Shown piece by piece: positions 63,752 to 64,000 of a DNA stretch of 64,000 bases (positions are counted from its first letter, which is position 1; every line of letters begins with the position of its first letter). Under the pieces are notes generated by a model that was not told the origin of the DNA, did not search any database, and saw nothing but the letters and a program-made list of their open reading frames with translations. Position numbers and translations under genes: made by a program. The stretch spans positions 124,001 through 188,000 of the forward strand of contig CM120647.1 in the NCBI GenBank assembly GCA_051362555.1, read 5' to 3'. The DNA is from Lingula anatina. Lineage: Eukaryota > Animalia > Brachiopoda.

Positions 63752-64000
63752 AAGAAGTCCAGCCTAAGAGAGTGGGTGATCTGTCCTCACCCAATCCTTC
63801 TAAGCACACTTTGGTGCACTTCTGTTGTCATATTCAACGAATGTGTTAGGTGCTACAGGTAAAGAACAGCTCTAAATGCGCCTGGTTGATAATGTTAAAT
63901 GTGATCTAGTAAGCATATCAAGTGTGCTAGGTGTGACTGACGAGTGACTGTAAGAGAGTCCAGGCGACGGCGTTCAGTGCTTCAGAGGGGGTTTCGTTCC

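Overview
Animal (probably molluscan, by inference from gene and repeat content) genomic DNA with four spliced genes reconstructed by hand: the 3' six exons of STAM (+), a complete 10-coding-exon PSMD14/Rpn11 (-), a divergently transcribed twin-CX9C CMC1-like gene (+), and a 3-exon secreted, non-canonical F-type-lectin-like gene (+). It also holds two full-length BEL/Pao LTR retrotransposons, a 70-bp satellite and many non-autonomous DNA transposons with clear TIRs/TSDs. The most striking pattern: at least 10 exon-intron junctions in all four genes have been tandemly copied (1-34 extra copies) into the adjacent intron, so real exons are flanked by arrays of near-perfect decoy 5' or 3' splice sites. 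Two orphan arrays with the same design predict unannotated exons, and one junction unit is found displaced 4 kb away. Coordinates were read by eye; no database searches were run.
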